From Saccostrea cucullata (Eukaryota), in NCBI RefSeq assembly GCF_032062105.1, contig NW_026918867.1, forward strand, positions 1-64,000: DNA of 64,000 bases, read 5' to 3'. Positions 12,646 through 26,036 of this stretch are shown here, piece after piece. A program made the translations under genes and the position numbers. The notes beneath the pieces were generated by a model. That model searched no databases and was not told the origin of the DNA. It was given only the letters and a program-made list of their open reading frames with translations. How positions within the stretch are numbered: position 1 is the first letter of the stretch; every line of letters begins with the position of its first letter.

Positions 12646-14459
12646 CCAGTTGTGCAACATCTAAGTTTTTTTTATTAAAAGACTTATATTTGAGATAGCA
12701 AATTCCATGAGATAACATTGTATTCACGGACGTCAATAAATATGTGACTATGTACAGGGAAACTGTTATAATAATAGATATATCGTTGATGTGTCTTTAG
12801 GTAATGGATTTCGATTCTTATAGTTCTTTCTAGTTATTTACCATCAGAAGTAGATACTAGATATGCTATTAATCACTTAATTCTAGTAATTAACATCCTA
12901 TTTCTTTAAAGAAAAATAAGCAATTTAGAAAAAAGAATCTGATGTTCAGGACATGTAAAACTTCTTGGAGTCCTGATAAAATGACTCTCACTGTTTAATC
13001 ACATACTCTTTTAAGCATGTTCATCGATTCCCTCTGGAGGTGATTGCTTTGCGATAAAAACTTTGCTCTAATTACCGCTTCCAACTGTCAAATATTATGC
13101 AAGCCCGATTGATATTGATGGAACAATTAGTTGCGTTTCCCTGCTCAGCAGAAAGTCCGTTGCTCGATTCCTCAAGTTTGCAAAGTGAATTACGATGAAC
13201 CGATGAACTGTGATCGATGGCAAAATAGAAAACATCTTCTCTTCGCTTATTCTCTTAATGACTATTTCTTTGTATTGATCCGTAAACATTTATCTGACAG
13301 AAAAGCCGTCACTGAGGCAAAATAGAAGCTAATTGGACTCTAACATTGTGTCCATGTATTCGGAGTTCTTTAGTAACCAGAAAGTTTGTTTGCTTGAGGA
13401 AACTAACATCAGTCGTCTATTAATATTTCCCCAGAGAGCTAGGAGGAAAGGGTACTTAAATATGCTCCTACAAATATGTTCGATATATATTTAATGTATG
13501 TGTAATATAGATAATGAACATATTGAATTTTTTTCTTGCTTTACTCAAAGACAAGAGATTGTTTAAGGTAAAATCAGAAGGGCAATTTATTAAGAAACAT
13601 TTAAAAACAAAGTATCATCTGAACACTTTGGTCACTATAAGATTGTCCACTGATTGTCTTTTTCTTCTATTTTAGGGGTCTTTACCATTTTTCAAATGTC
13701 CTATTTAAATGTTATTGCATTAAAAAAATGTGAACTTATTATGCTGTAAGTAACATATAAATTATTTATCTTCAGTTTGATTTGTAAAATGCTTGCAATC
13801 TGTCTTATTTATTGGGAAAACCTTTTTGCATAAAATATATAGCAGTTTTCCTGTGGATTATTTCATAAATTTCATCTCACAATTCTAGTTTGAAGACATA
13901 TACGGATGTATATGTTTCCAGGGCATTCCAGACTTTTTGTAATAATTTTTGAAATATTTTGTCTTTATTCTTATTCATCAAACTTATTTTCTTTAACAAG
14001 GGCCTTGATTACGTCTCAAACTCACATTCTAGTAAAATGCCTATAAAAATAGTTTTGAGGTTATTTCATAAACCCCAAATATAATAAAGGAAATGTCAAC
14101 TAAAAAGTTGTCAATTGTAGAAAGATTCCATGCAAATGAACATTTTTCATTAAGCAGTAATATACTATTCTGTGTGATTCTGTCAGAACGACATAAAATG
14201 TTAATTAATTTATCTACACGAGGGACCTTTACACGGAACTCTGACATTTACGTAGTGTTTTCTTTTATAATATGTCTTAAGGTTATTCACGGGTGATGCA
14301 TCAAGAAACTGAGAGAATAATCAAGAATACTTCAAAGCGTCAAAGAATTGATTTTTGATACAATCTATGAAGAACTCTTTCTCTGCGAAGCTTCCTTGTT
14401 ATTTTGATACTTTATAGATATACCGATGCTTTATTGGGAAGAGAAGTTTGGACAGTATG

Positions 14460-14765
14460 ACCTTATTTTGTTATTTCATGGGAGGATTGAACAGAATTAA
14501 ATTTAGTTTCCTTGATAATAAACCTGATTTAAGGGTACACAACTTTTAAGTTAAAATTTACAATGTCTTTAAAAATATACTTAGAGATGGCGGAAAGCAA
14601 GATTGAAAGACTCACAGTTTAACCTTATTTTGACTATTTTGTAGGAAGATTGGACTGAATTAAATGTAGTTTCCAAGATAACAAACCCGATTGTATGAAA
14701 GGTCCCAATTTTTAAATGCAAATTACAGTGTTTTCATTATAAACTCAAAGACGGAAGAGAGCAGA
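14460..14765. repeat. Diverged tandem duplication, about 162-bp period
   Basis: accttattttg..gattg.ac.gaattaaat.tagtttcc at 14460 and 14622. Confidence 0.75.
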
Positions 14766-15429
14766 AAGATATCAATGTTGATATGTGACACAGCGGGTGT
14801 AACCAGTCTCCAAATGCTGCTTACCCCTTCAAGGCACCATATCTTACCACTGTTGCTTTAAGAGGCCCATGCTTGCTCTGTTTAAAATGTGAATATGCTA
14901 TTTAAGAGACCTAAACCTCGATATATGTTCGTTATGTTCATAATAAATTACTTGTTCTTAGAAAAAAAATAACTTTGACTTCCTCAGAAATATCTCTTTT
15001 TGAGAATTTAATTTCTTTAAGTAATGTTCATGTGACAGCTTCGGAGTTTTTGTTATCTTTCTACTGGTTAGAGTTTTTAAACATAAGACGATATATTCTT
15101 CAGCTTAACTTCGCATGGGTTCATTTAGTTTGTTAATTTATAAACTTTGATATCACACTGAAATTAAGAATTTTTCTTTTCTCTTAGTATGGTTGGTATA
15201 GAAAAGACAAATTTACATTTATTCTCTCTTAATGTATTAATTTAAATCAATTTAATGAACTGAACTGAACTGCTCTTTATTCTGAAACACAGTAATTTTT
15301 TATAGTATATTCTTCTTTATACATAAACCACAATTAGAAATTATTATGACCAAAAAGACGTCGCTTTTTGTCGCGCCATAAAATATATTCACACTGAATT
15401 TATTACGACTGAAAATGGGGAAACAGCGG

Positions 15430-15701
15430 GATTATAGCGTTCCCTCTGTGTCTCTGTGAGTGTTGAGCAAAAATCAATTCCAGTTTATCATCCTGAGAGT
15501 ATGAGACATTTGCTGAGATTGTTTCAGCTAACACGTGTCCAGGGCTTTGGGTTCTAGGGTTACTGAAGTGAGGCCTCGTCTGGAATGGCTTAGCTTCACT
15601 CTTTTGCCCAGATTATGGTGTAAAAGTGGATCGTACAGATAAGGTTTTTATTGTTTGTCGTATATGTTGATACTGATTAATGGACGTCAAACGCTTGAAA
15701 A
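15430..15701 (+). other. Candidate non-coding 5'-UTR exon of the CUB gene
   Basis: Relatively GC-rich, non-repetitive segment ending in AAA|GTAAGT. Coding exon 1 begins at a splice acceptor, so an upstream exon is expected. Start coordinate is approximate. Confidence 0.25.
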
Positions 15702-17120
15702 GTAAGTACGGGTTGAGCTTGATAGTTTAAGAATTTGCTTTAAGTTTTAATTCAGTGTGAATTTATTTAATCTTCAAAAGAGAGACCAAATCTTTACATT
15801 AAGAAATAATTTTGTGCAAACTACAGTGACATTGTTGTCTTTTTTATTTCAATTGATTAAAAAAACTCTAATTTTACACATTAAGCCATCTTGAAAAAAA
15901 GTTTGATTGTAATCTCCCGACCATTCCTTTTATTCCAGTCAACACATATATGGACATTTTATGGGAAAACAGAATTTCCCAATTACCTACAGATCCAATA
16001 TTTTTTCTCTTATTGAAGGGAATGCATCCAAACATTTTTGTAAAAATGGCTTTAAACTTTATGTTTATAAGTCTCCGCCAACATCTGATGTTATGTTCAT
16101 GCCAAAACACTAGTCGTCTCTTTCTGACTCTGCAATTTTAATATCTTTCTATGTTTTTTTTATTTGTTTTAATTGAAAAGGCATATCATATAATATATTC
16201 TGTATATTGTATTCACTTCAAGTTTTTTTTTTCATGATAATTGAACGGTATCATAAGTTTAAAAAGTTGGTTTTCTTCAAAATGCATTTTCTAATTTTTA
16301 CAAAAATTATTTATTATAAGTAATTTATTCTATGTTAAGGAACATTTTAGATAGAGATCGTTGTCTTACAGAAAAGTATTTATTTAAGGTTCATAATCCT
16401 TCTCTTTACTCACAGAAAGCTGTTTTCTGTTAAATTTTCGAGATGAAATGTAATGCTTGAGTTAAATAAAATCGGTTTAAGCATCGCTTGCCGTGCAAAA
16501 TTTGGCAAATAAAGAAATTTCTTTTCAACATATTTGTTGAATGTTGTGGACATTTATCCAATTCAGAGTTATCTTTCTTATCAGAGTATCAATGAACCTT
16601 AATATATTTTCTAAAGAACTTGGATATATCCGTCATCTAGTTGTGATGTCATCAATGACATTTGATAGCTCTGTTGATGGATTTATTTTTTAAAAGATCA
16701 ATATATGAGAGGATCTAACACTTGAAATCATTAGTTTGAAGTAATGAGTTTTCATAAAGGAAGATAGCTGATGCTGTCAATTCTACAGACAATACTTGAT
16801 TTAAATTACAAACTTCCCTCAGCACATGATGAGATTTAAGATTTATAATATTTTGAGCACAAGGGGATGACGAATACTGATTTTTTTTTTCGTGTAATTA
16901 TTTTTTCTTGCTTTACTTTCTACAATTTTAAGATGAAATTTTACATTACTAGTATTATAATGGATTGCAAAAACGATTCCAGGGTACAGATATTCATTGT
17001 TTTATGAATTTACCTCATGTTCAGCAATAATAAAAAGATACACGGAATAAATGGAAGGTAATTAGTATCTATGATCCATTTTAAATTGAATTCATTGTCC
17101 ATCTTGACACTTCACATTCA

Positions 17121-17533
17121 TTAACTTTTTACAACTTACTGAATTGATATGAAAGGAAGGATATGGAGATAATGAACAGTATTCAGTATCAAAGTCCATA
17201 AAACAATAAAACATACATTTAATGTTCACGTCATAGAAATATGACGTTACCATTTCCCCGCAAGCACTTTATAGCATGGCATAAGTTTCTCTAAAGTTAA
17301 GCATAAATAATATTATGTAGTAATATTTTAGCAAGAAAAATAACTTTTCTTATTTCATGAGATTTATGCAAGTATAAAATAGAAGGAATTTGGCATTTAA
17401 TTGAAAATTAAATAAAATTTTTTAAAGTGCATGAAAATGCTTGATTGTTGGGAAACGGTAAGTGCGTGATTTTGCGTTAGAAATAGGAAATGGTATATGC
17501 CTTAAAATGCGTGACTGCGTGGAAGACGGTTAA
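17121..17533 (-). mobile_element. piggyBac-like MITE copy 1 (contains a Penelope-like tail insertion)
   Basis: TTAA flanks; inverted homolog of 26930-27280. Confidence 0.6.
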
Positions 17534-17751
17534 GCTTTACTTTTTATAGTGTCAATAATATAACGAGAATAAAAGCACTCTTAATATATATTGAACCATA
17601 CACTTTAAAAACTGCGTAATTAAAAACATTCAGTATCTTTCAATGTTATCAAAGAAGCTTTAATTATTTTAAATTCGTTTTTTCATGGTGATTTCTGAGT
17701 TGCTTTGAAAATGGTGATATCTTTATATCACAATTTTGTCTATTAAAAAAT

Positions 17752-17915
17752 CACACGGCGGTTGTGACCGGTGGACAGTTTGGCTTACTACTCGATCGAT
17801 GGCACCTGATCCCACCTCCGATGTTTAAAGAGGTCCGTGTTTGCTCTTCTTCTGATGTCTATTTATTCCATGGAATACAGGAAGTGAGATTCTGAATGCT
17901 GTTAGTTTTCTCCAA
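17752..17915 (+). mobile_element. Penelope-like element 3' fragment
   Basis: cacggcggttgtgaccggt...ggcacctgatcccacctccgatg. Confidence 0.65.
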
Positions 17916-18059
17916 ATATTTCATTTCATCTTTTTTATTCTCCCTTTATATCTCTCAAGACATCTTTGACCATCTCGATCTATACAGTATCCCTCTATCC
18001 TGTTATAGTTCTATGAACCCCTTTTTACATTGACCGGTTCTGGCAGCGTTTAGTGTTAT

Positions 18060-18365
18060 AAAAATGTCTTTGTTCGTATCGGAAGTGGGTCAGATTTCGA
18101 AATTTTTAATCGGTCCCACTTCACACCTAGGACGTAGAACATTAGGAGTGTCTGTTTCTTTTGCTAAGCGTATGATTTCAGGAGTTTTTGGATATGACTT
18201 AAAAAATAGCTCCATCGCTACAGTAGGCTTAGCACGATAAGGACCCCTTAGCTTCTGAATGATCTTACATGTAAATGCAGAGTAAAGGTGTTCATTTGAA
18301 GCCTTTCACTTGTGTTTGATGGTTTCTATTGTGAGAATAAACAGTTTCGCAAGGGACAGAAACAA
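18060..18365 (+). mobile_element. Degraded SINE
   Basis: cagtaggcttagcacgataaggacccct ... gtgagaataa..tcgcaagggac resembles the SINE body. Confidence 0.45.
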
Positions 18366-20622
18366 ATCTTTGTAAGTATTCTCCATCTGAAGATTTTCTT
18401 ATGTCTTTTGATGATTATCTTTACTTATTTGTAATAATCAGTGGCATTTCTTTATTTTACCCTTGTTTTTTGCTCTGAATAATAATTTTGTTTTCTATCT
18501 TTCAAAAACTATCAATACGTATTTTATCTGAGATAGATACGCGACGTCTCAGTGCATGGAGTTGCTAGTAGTATATGTATATTACAAGGATAGTGTGAAA
18601 CACCTTTGATTGAATTTAAGTGTACAAAGGGTTCGTAAACATATTCTATCCCGTTCCACAAAACAAAGCAAATTTAAAGATCGACCGTATTGTTAAAGAG
18701 AATTTAAACAGAACCAAAAACGTTTCTACACAATGGAAAAGATAAATGATTACAATATATTCGAAAGCGTCAAACTTACAAATTTAGCTAAGTACATTGT
18801 ATTCATGAAAAAAAATGATTCATACAGCTCAACGGAAAACACCAAATCAAGGACAAATTAACACTTTGATGGAAGATGATAGCACAGAACTAAAGATTCA
18901 GATATAATTATTAAACATTTCATGAGGACCAAGTAGTCAAAACAGATGATGAGGTAATCCAATTAAAAGAAAGCGACAACCATGATAATGATATCAAATT
19001 GTGGGCTTAATAAAATTCAGCTCCAACACTGAATGTGGCGTTCCTAAGACGACGCCAGCTTTGATCAATTTCTCCCCACAAAATCGAATTAACATTAATG
19101 CCACTATATGACATAAAACTGACATATTTTTTCTTAAAAAGAAATAGTTTTCCTCTACAACTAATCACTTACATGGTTTTGATTCTGAAGGTGTCCTTTT
19201 CTAATTTAAAAAAACATTTTGATACAATGCATTTAATGGTAAAAGCAATGAATTCAAGTTATACATCGAAAAAGGATTTGGTTTTGTTTGTTCAAAATGG
19301 TTCATTCATATAAAGATGTCACCTCTTGCACATGTGGAACTAAAATTTAAACTTTTGTTTTGATATGGCACTTACAACCAGGACCATTGAGCAGCAAGGG
19401 ATCTTTTTTGTGCTAGCATTTCCTTACTCTGCGAAACCACTGTCACAAGGGTGACACCGTTTCGTAACCAGGTTTTGGCTCTCGGACTACACGTGTTAAC
19501 ATGCTGTAAAAAGGAGACGTAAGGACAAATGATACAAACAATCTTTAATTATAAATACTAAAAAAAACAATCTAAGCCGTGTTTATTTAAGTAAAATCTA
19601 TGAGTTTACCCGCACATATTATGATTTTTTATTCAAAGTTTCACAATTAAAGTAATACGCTTGACAAAATGCTGTATAGATTTATCAGGATAGTTTCAAG
19701 TGAGGGGTATAATAAAGCCATGTCATTATCTCTCTGAAGAGAGTGTCTGTCAAATTTTTGGCTGATGAACCTGTTTCTTTTATGGAGTAGCGGGCGATAC
19801 TTAAAATCAAAACAATATCCCACCTCTGATGTTTTGTGGGTCCTTGTTGGCTCCGCTCTTTTTTCGTACTGTTTTATGGACCTTCAATAATGTTCGTTAT
19901 ATCAGTCTGTTTCTTTTAACTACTTCATAATTATTAAGAAAATGTGAAGATTTTTTTAAGTTCTGAAGGAATTAATTCCACCTTTAATGATATATTTAAA
20001 AAATATTCGCTTGATGTTCAATATTCAATGTTAATGTGGGCCATATATATTTCAACATTTTAAGGTGTGTTCCCATTTCATCTTAACTGTGGAAAGTAGG
20101 TAAGAAACTGTGAAAAAGTTATAGAGTTACAAAGAATTTGAAAATTCCTTTGTAGAAACAATAAATGCAGATTAATTAGATATTTTAGCGATTAGTTAAT
20201 TCCACATTAAAACATTTTTAATATAAAAGGAACAAATAGTAATGAGTTAATTTTATCATTGGCTTCTAGAGTCATTGTACAATCAACAAATAAGATATTT
20301 GCAAATATTTACGATGAAAATACAATTTTTTTTGTGGATGTAGTGACTTATAAAATATGCAGTATATATTAAATGTTTAATGTTAATCTTAAATACTAGT
20401 ATATTAAGACAGAATTCTACAGTAGTTTTATGCGTAGAATTTATTAACTTCGCTTTTTTCACCTATTTTTTCTGATTTTGTATATTTTTTTGTATAATAT
20501 TCTCAAAAGCACTCATTTTCACTGTCAATGAATAACCTTTAAATCTCAGAGGTCGTCAGAATTTGCCATGCAATACAAACAAAAAATATATATTATATAC
20601 TAAACGAATTTTAGAAAGTACA

Positions 20623-20847
20623 GGGTCCGCGGTCATAAACCATACTTAAGTCTGAGAACGCTCTCAAGGCTGAGAATTTTCTCACATCCAAAATTCTCAG
20701 ACTCAGCGGCCGTCATAAAAAAAATTGAGAAAAATAAAAATTCCTTCTAAAAACTCTTTTATATGCAAATTCTCAGCTGAGTAATTCTCAAGAGTTGAGT
20801 TGAGAATTTTTTTTTTGAGAGTTCTCAGATTTATGACAGCGGACCCA
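20623..20847. mobile_element. Harbinger-like MITE, uninterrupted copy
   Basis: GGGTCCGCGGTCATAAA ... TTTATGACAGCGGACCC; homologous to 4306-4984. Confidence 0.75.
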
Positions 20848-21447
20848 GGTATATTTTTACGATCCAAAATCATCCGTCCCTTGGGACTTCCTTATAAGAG
20901 TGTTTTACTGCTTTGCTGAGTTCAACAAAGTATCGAGTTGAAGTAACATCCCACTCTTTAGATTTGTTGCATTCCATATGGCTGTTTTAATGGACACATC
21001 TTTGTGACTTTTGCTTTGCAATGCCTATGAATCATTCATGTAGCAATAACCTTAGAACACAATTTTGTAATGTCAATATCGATACAAGCCATAAATACAT
21101 ATTTATCAAATTTCTTACGACAATTGATAAGTTGGAAATGACGTTTTGATCACGCCTTTCATAGGTACAAAAAGAATTACGTCAGTGGCTACATGTAAAA
21201 GTGTGCTCTAAAAAAATTTTGTGTACAAAGTATTCCCAGAATCGATTCGTTTGCAGGATGTTCGGTTGTAATTGTACATTCAAGAATTTTCACTCATATT
21301 GAGACGCCAAAATTCCTAGGAAAAGGTTGCAAATTTAAGACTGTACTTGGCCCTTTTGACCTTTAATTATTGTGCTATCCTTTTTTGCTAAATTGGACCC
21401 CGTTTTATACGGTTTATTTATTTATTTAGAAAAAAGCCGCTCTGTTG

Positions 21448-21655
21448 CAACCACTATTGAAATAATTATATCAATATTGGTTGAGAGTGCATTTCAATAG
21501 CAAACATAGTTAGTAACCACTATTGAAATATAACCACTATTGAAATAATTATATCAATAGTGGTTGAGAGTGCATTTCAATAACAAACATATGTAATAAC
21601 CACTATTGAAATACAACCACTATTGAAATAATTATTTCAATAGTGATTGAGAGTT
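21448..21655. repeat. 83-bp tandem repeat (about 2.5 copies) with palindromic core
   Basis: AACCACTATTGAAATAATTAT at 21449, 21532 and 21615. Confidence 0.9.
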
Positions 21656-21697
21656 CCATCCGGAAAAAAAAATCAAAGATTTTACTATTTTTAATTT

Positions 21698-22073
21698 AAA
21701 ACAAGATGTTTTTATGACACACTGATGCCCCCGTATTGCAGATTATGATGAGGATTGAAGTTCCTTAAATACAAGTCCACCTCATAGGTCAAAGTCAAAG
21801 GATCAAAATTGCTGGCATCCAAAGAGGGGTCTTCACAAGGAATATGTCTCTGAAATATGAAAGCTCTAGTCCTTACTGCTTATGAGTTATGTCCAAGTTT
21901 AACATTTTGAAAAAGTGAGTGAAACTTGTATTTTAAGGTTAAAAGGTTTTATTTGTTGATACCCTTAGAAAGGTCTTTCCACAAGGAATAAAATATACCA
22001 TCGACAGACAGACACACGGACAGATAAGGCGAAAACTTTATACCCTTAAATCTTCGATTACGGGCGCATAAAA
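21698..22073 (-). mobile_element. HINE/pearl-like Helentron-derived element
   Basis: aaacaag end, (GACA) microsatellite, tatacc...gggcgcata inverted repeat before an A-run. Confidence 0.55.
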
Positions 22074-22145
22074 ATTGTGATGCCCTTAGCATGCTCAGTC
22101 TGAAATATTATTATGTGTCAAGAAGCCATGCATTTAAACTTCTTG

Positions 22146-22193
<48 letters not shown>

Positions 22194-24194
22194 GTGCTCT
22201 TTGAAGAAAACCGTTAAGAGTTAAAAATAATAATCTGGTTTCCTTCTGTTCAAAAAAAACTAAGAAGAGTCCCAAATGATTATTTTTAAAGCAAACTGGC
22301 TTTGGAAAATCGATTCGTATTCCGTCGAGTAATGTGTCTTCATCTAGTAAGATGTTATTTTCTTTGAGTTTTTTCTTTCATTATCACATTTGATTCTTTC
22401 GAGAATGTTTTGATTCGGACTAAAATCAGTTTTTGATGCTATTACGTTGAGCGATTTTTCTTCTTTGACGTCATTTTAGTGAGTTGTGCTATATAACACT
22501 TCCAATACTAGGTTACTATTTGTATTGTCTTCTATCGTTAATTAGATATATTCTAAGATATGTGTACATTCTGCTATCAGATTCAAATTGAATTTTCTTA
22601 ATTCAATTTAATTCCTCTTTTGATTCCAACGATATATTATGTTTTGAATTTTAGAAACCCATTGGGGTCACGATATTTCTATATATTTTCAATGCGCAAA
22701 AATTGAATGCACAGTAAGAATAATGAAAATTATTGGAAAAGGAAATTTACTTATTCAATTTCGTAATTTTTTTTTTTATTTTAGAACTTTCTACGAGACC
22801 AGAAATTCACACTCAGTTAAATAAAATCATTAATTAAATGATCTTTATTTTCCATCTGGGTCGTTTTTCTTCCTTTTTGAATTCTATCATACGTGAGATT
22901 GGTAGGAGATAGAATCCCTCACGAATATAGTATTTAATATTCTTTTTCAGTTCATTTTTAGAGTTAATTGTAAACGGATTAATAATGTAAGCGCTGCGAA
23001 CATTTTACCTATAACCACTAATAAGAATTTGTTATCTTTTTTCTCAAATTCATGAAATTCGTGTATATAAAAGGCTTACCGGTTGTTGTACAAGTAAGAC
23101 TTTGATTGTAATCGTGAGTGCTTTTTGCAAATGTTCAATAAAGCACATAGCACCACTAGGATAACGTAACATTTTAAACAATCAAATATATGGATATAAA
23201 AAACAGTACTTAGGCTCAAAAGTCAATTAAACAATACAAATACAGGGCAGAGGAAACACAGATCCCTACTTTATCATATATAGGTTGCATCACGTGCCAT
23301 GAAGGAGTGAACATCCCTTCTCTCCAGGTCACACCAGTTGTGTACAGTTTTCAGAAGGGCTTAACTTTTCTTATTTTTTCATGGCTTTGTTTATGAAACT
23401 TCAGTTTGAGCTGTTCTACCCGGAAATACGATAGGTCCCTCAAAACAAAAGAAACAGAGGATAAACATTGTACTGAATAATCATATTGAATTCGTAATTT
23501 CATTAGAAAATATCATAGACAAACTGTCAGACCACTTTTACTCCTCAGTGTGATATATATTGTTTCTTGCTTCTAAAATTAAAGTTCAGACCAATCCGGG
23601 AAGGGGTAGAGAGTCAAACTGGTTGTTTCATTAGATACATGAAAAAACGTTGTCTTTCTTTTGATTAGAGTTCAAATCAGTTCGAACAAGAGAAGATACA
23701 CAGAAAGTTCATCTTTTAAGTAAATAAAAAGAAATCAAATATGATTTTAAATATTATCAAATAAAATGATACTCGTATTTCAAACAACGTGCATTGCAAT
23801 TTCTTGGGGAATAAATCTTTTTTAAAATATTGCATAATGTGTGTACATTTGTACATCTTTTTTTGAAATCTAATTAAAGTTATGTTAATATTTTACTTTA
23901 CACAAGAAATGTTTATTAGATCAATACTTCAATATAAAAAAATCAGTACTCGTATAATTTAATTCTCAAATTCTGGATATAATTAATATGATCAATATTA
24001 TTGATACTTTCACAGATTCTTTATAGCATAATGTCAATATGCACCTCCTAATTTAATCTTTTATCTGACACTTATTTCTCCGAGAACAAAACATGGCCTT
24101 CGTCATGATAATCGTGCGGGAGGCGGGGATATCATAAAGTGCTCACAGTACATGTACCTCTAGTTTTCTTGTGTAAATACCTTTTCTAAGCCTG

Positions 24195-24410
24195 TGAAAC
24201 GTGGAGACGGGTCCTTCGGATGAGACTGTATAAACCGAGGTCCCGTGTCGCAATAGGCTCTGGGACGAAAAAGATCCCTCACTGCTCAATGGCCCTGGGT
24301 GCAGAGATAAGGACAAAAGAGCCAAGTACGTTAGTTATAGTCACTATAGAGTGGTGGCGTCTCCATATGAGTGAAAAATTCTCGAGAGGGACGTTCAATA
24401 TGCAGTCATT
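24195..24410 (+). mobile_element. SINE (Nin/Deu-like core), 5'-truncated
   Basis: GGATGAGACTGTATAAACCGAGGTCCCGTGTCGC...AAAGATCCC...GAGTGAAAAATTCTCGAGAGGGACG. Confidence 0.8.
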
Positions 24411-24769
24411 CAAATATTATCGACACAAGGAATTGTCTTTTTTTCACAATATTTTAAGCATCAGTCATACACTGAACTTCTAGTGGAATGGTTGAAATCA
24501 AATCAAGGCACTGAATCAAAATAATAAGTGCATAAACAAATTGTTCTTTGTTGCATCAATGAACAAATTGCCTTTAAATGGTTCAAGAAAATCATTCTAT
24601 ATAGTGCAAAAGGAAATTGCCATTAAATAGAACTAACTAACTCATAAATCAATAATCGGAATAAAATCAACTCATCATATTCAATTCATTTTTTTAAATA
24701 TTTTTACCACAACCCTTATTGTGAATTACACTGACATTGGTCAATATACATTTATATGAATGTTATATG

Positions 24770-25010
24770 ACGTTTTTCATACTAATTGTTAGTCCATTAT
24801 TTATACACTGAATTGACGATGGATTTTTCCGTTATTTCACGATCATGACAATGAGCACACGGCGGGTGTGACCGGTCAGCAGGGGGTGCTCACTCCTCCA
24901 TGGCACCTGATCCCACCTCTGATGTTTCGGAGGTCCGTGTTTGCTCTGCTCTTGTTTTGTATTGTTTTATGGACTTTGTGATTGAATACTGTTCGTTATT
25001 TCTATATCCT
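24770..25010 (+). mobile_element. Penelope-like element 3' end
   Basis: Best-preserved copy of the acggcgggtgtgaccggtcagcagggg...ggcacctgatcccacctctgatg motif. Confidence 0.7.
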
Positions 25011-25963
25011 TCTTGATACAAAATCAGATCTTATTATTGTTTAAAATATAACTAGGTGACCATTTGAAAGATATTTCGAATCACTTTAACCCTGATGAAC
25101 ATATTTTTACGATTCTTGAAGTATAGTGAAACTCACACTGCATTTCTCGTTAGAAGTTTCAAGTTTAAAATTTAAGTTGTTTTTGAAACAATGTCGATAC
25201 ATAAAGGTCCAAGTGCGATCACTTTTAAATATGACCAAGTGTGTAAATTAACACCGATATAAACCAGCCTTAACATTTTCATATCCATTTTTGGCAAGTA
25301 TGTTTATGCTGCTCTGTAATCAAAAGGCGCCTCTGATAATAAGTATATCTTATGCAGTGCGTTCCTAGATTCAAAAGAAAAGTAGTGCATCAGTACAGGT
25401 CATAGAACTTACAAATCTCACGTTATTAAAAGCCCTGGTTTGACAGTAATTTGACACCTGAACTTCTAGTCCATGCTTTTAAAGCAGACTCTCTTTCAAG
25501 GAAACTCGGTTCTGCACAAATTATCCATGAACAAAGCTTCTCGTAGCAAGAACCTTAAAAAGTAGTTCCATATACATCAAATAGGTGCAAGGAGCTTTTC
25601 TGTTCCCGAAACAATCAGTTTGAAATAAGAAGGTTGTCATATTGATTCGCCTGCATGTTTCAAGTTAAAAATGTCTTAAGTTTGATTGCGGTACATTAGG
25701 AGAGATAACACTATCAATGCTTTTTTTTATCTCGTGTGGATTTGAAGAACTTGGAATTAATTGTGCTTATACCTAATCATGCATCAGGTGCTTAAAAGTC
25801 CAATGTGTTGTGGAAATGATATATGATATTTGGGTGGAACTTTATCTTTTTGTTTTATATCTACTAAATATAGTAGAAATACCTTTTATAAATACCACTC
25901 TTATCTCAAATCTCAAAGAACAGATAATTAGGAAGCGTTGAAATTCTTTCTTTCTCTCCACAG

Positions 25964-26036
25964 ATGAATTATAGTGTACTCGCCTCACTGTTTCTCCTTC
26001 CTACCTTCTTTCTATCCGTTGATCTTATTGGTCCAG
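25964..26036 (+). CDS. CUB gene coding exon 1, signal peptide MNYSVLASLFLLPTFFLSVDLIGP
   Basis: Pyrimidine tract + cag|ATG; hydrophobic peptide; CAG|GTGAGT phase-1 donor matching the next exon. Confidence 0.75.

Noticed and set aside
15680-15701. ATG GAC GTC AAA CGC TTG AAA A|gtaagt as an upstream coding exon
   Set aside because: Phase 1 is out of frame with the exon at 25964 and hits TAG within three codons; at most a uORF
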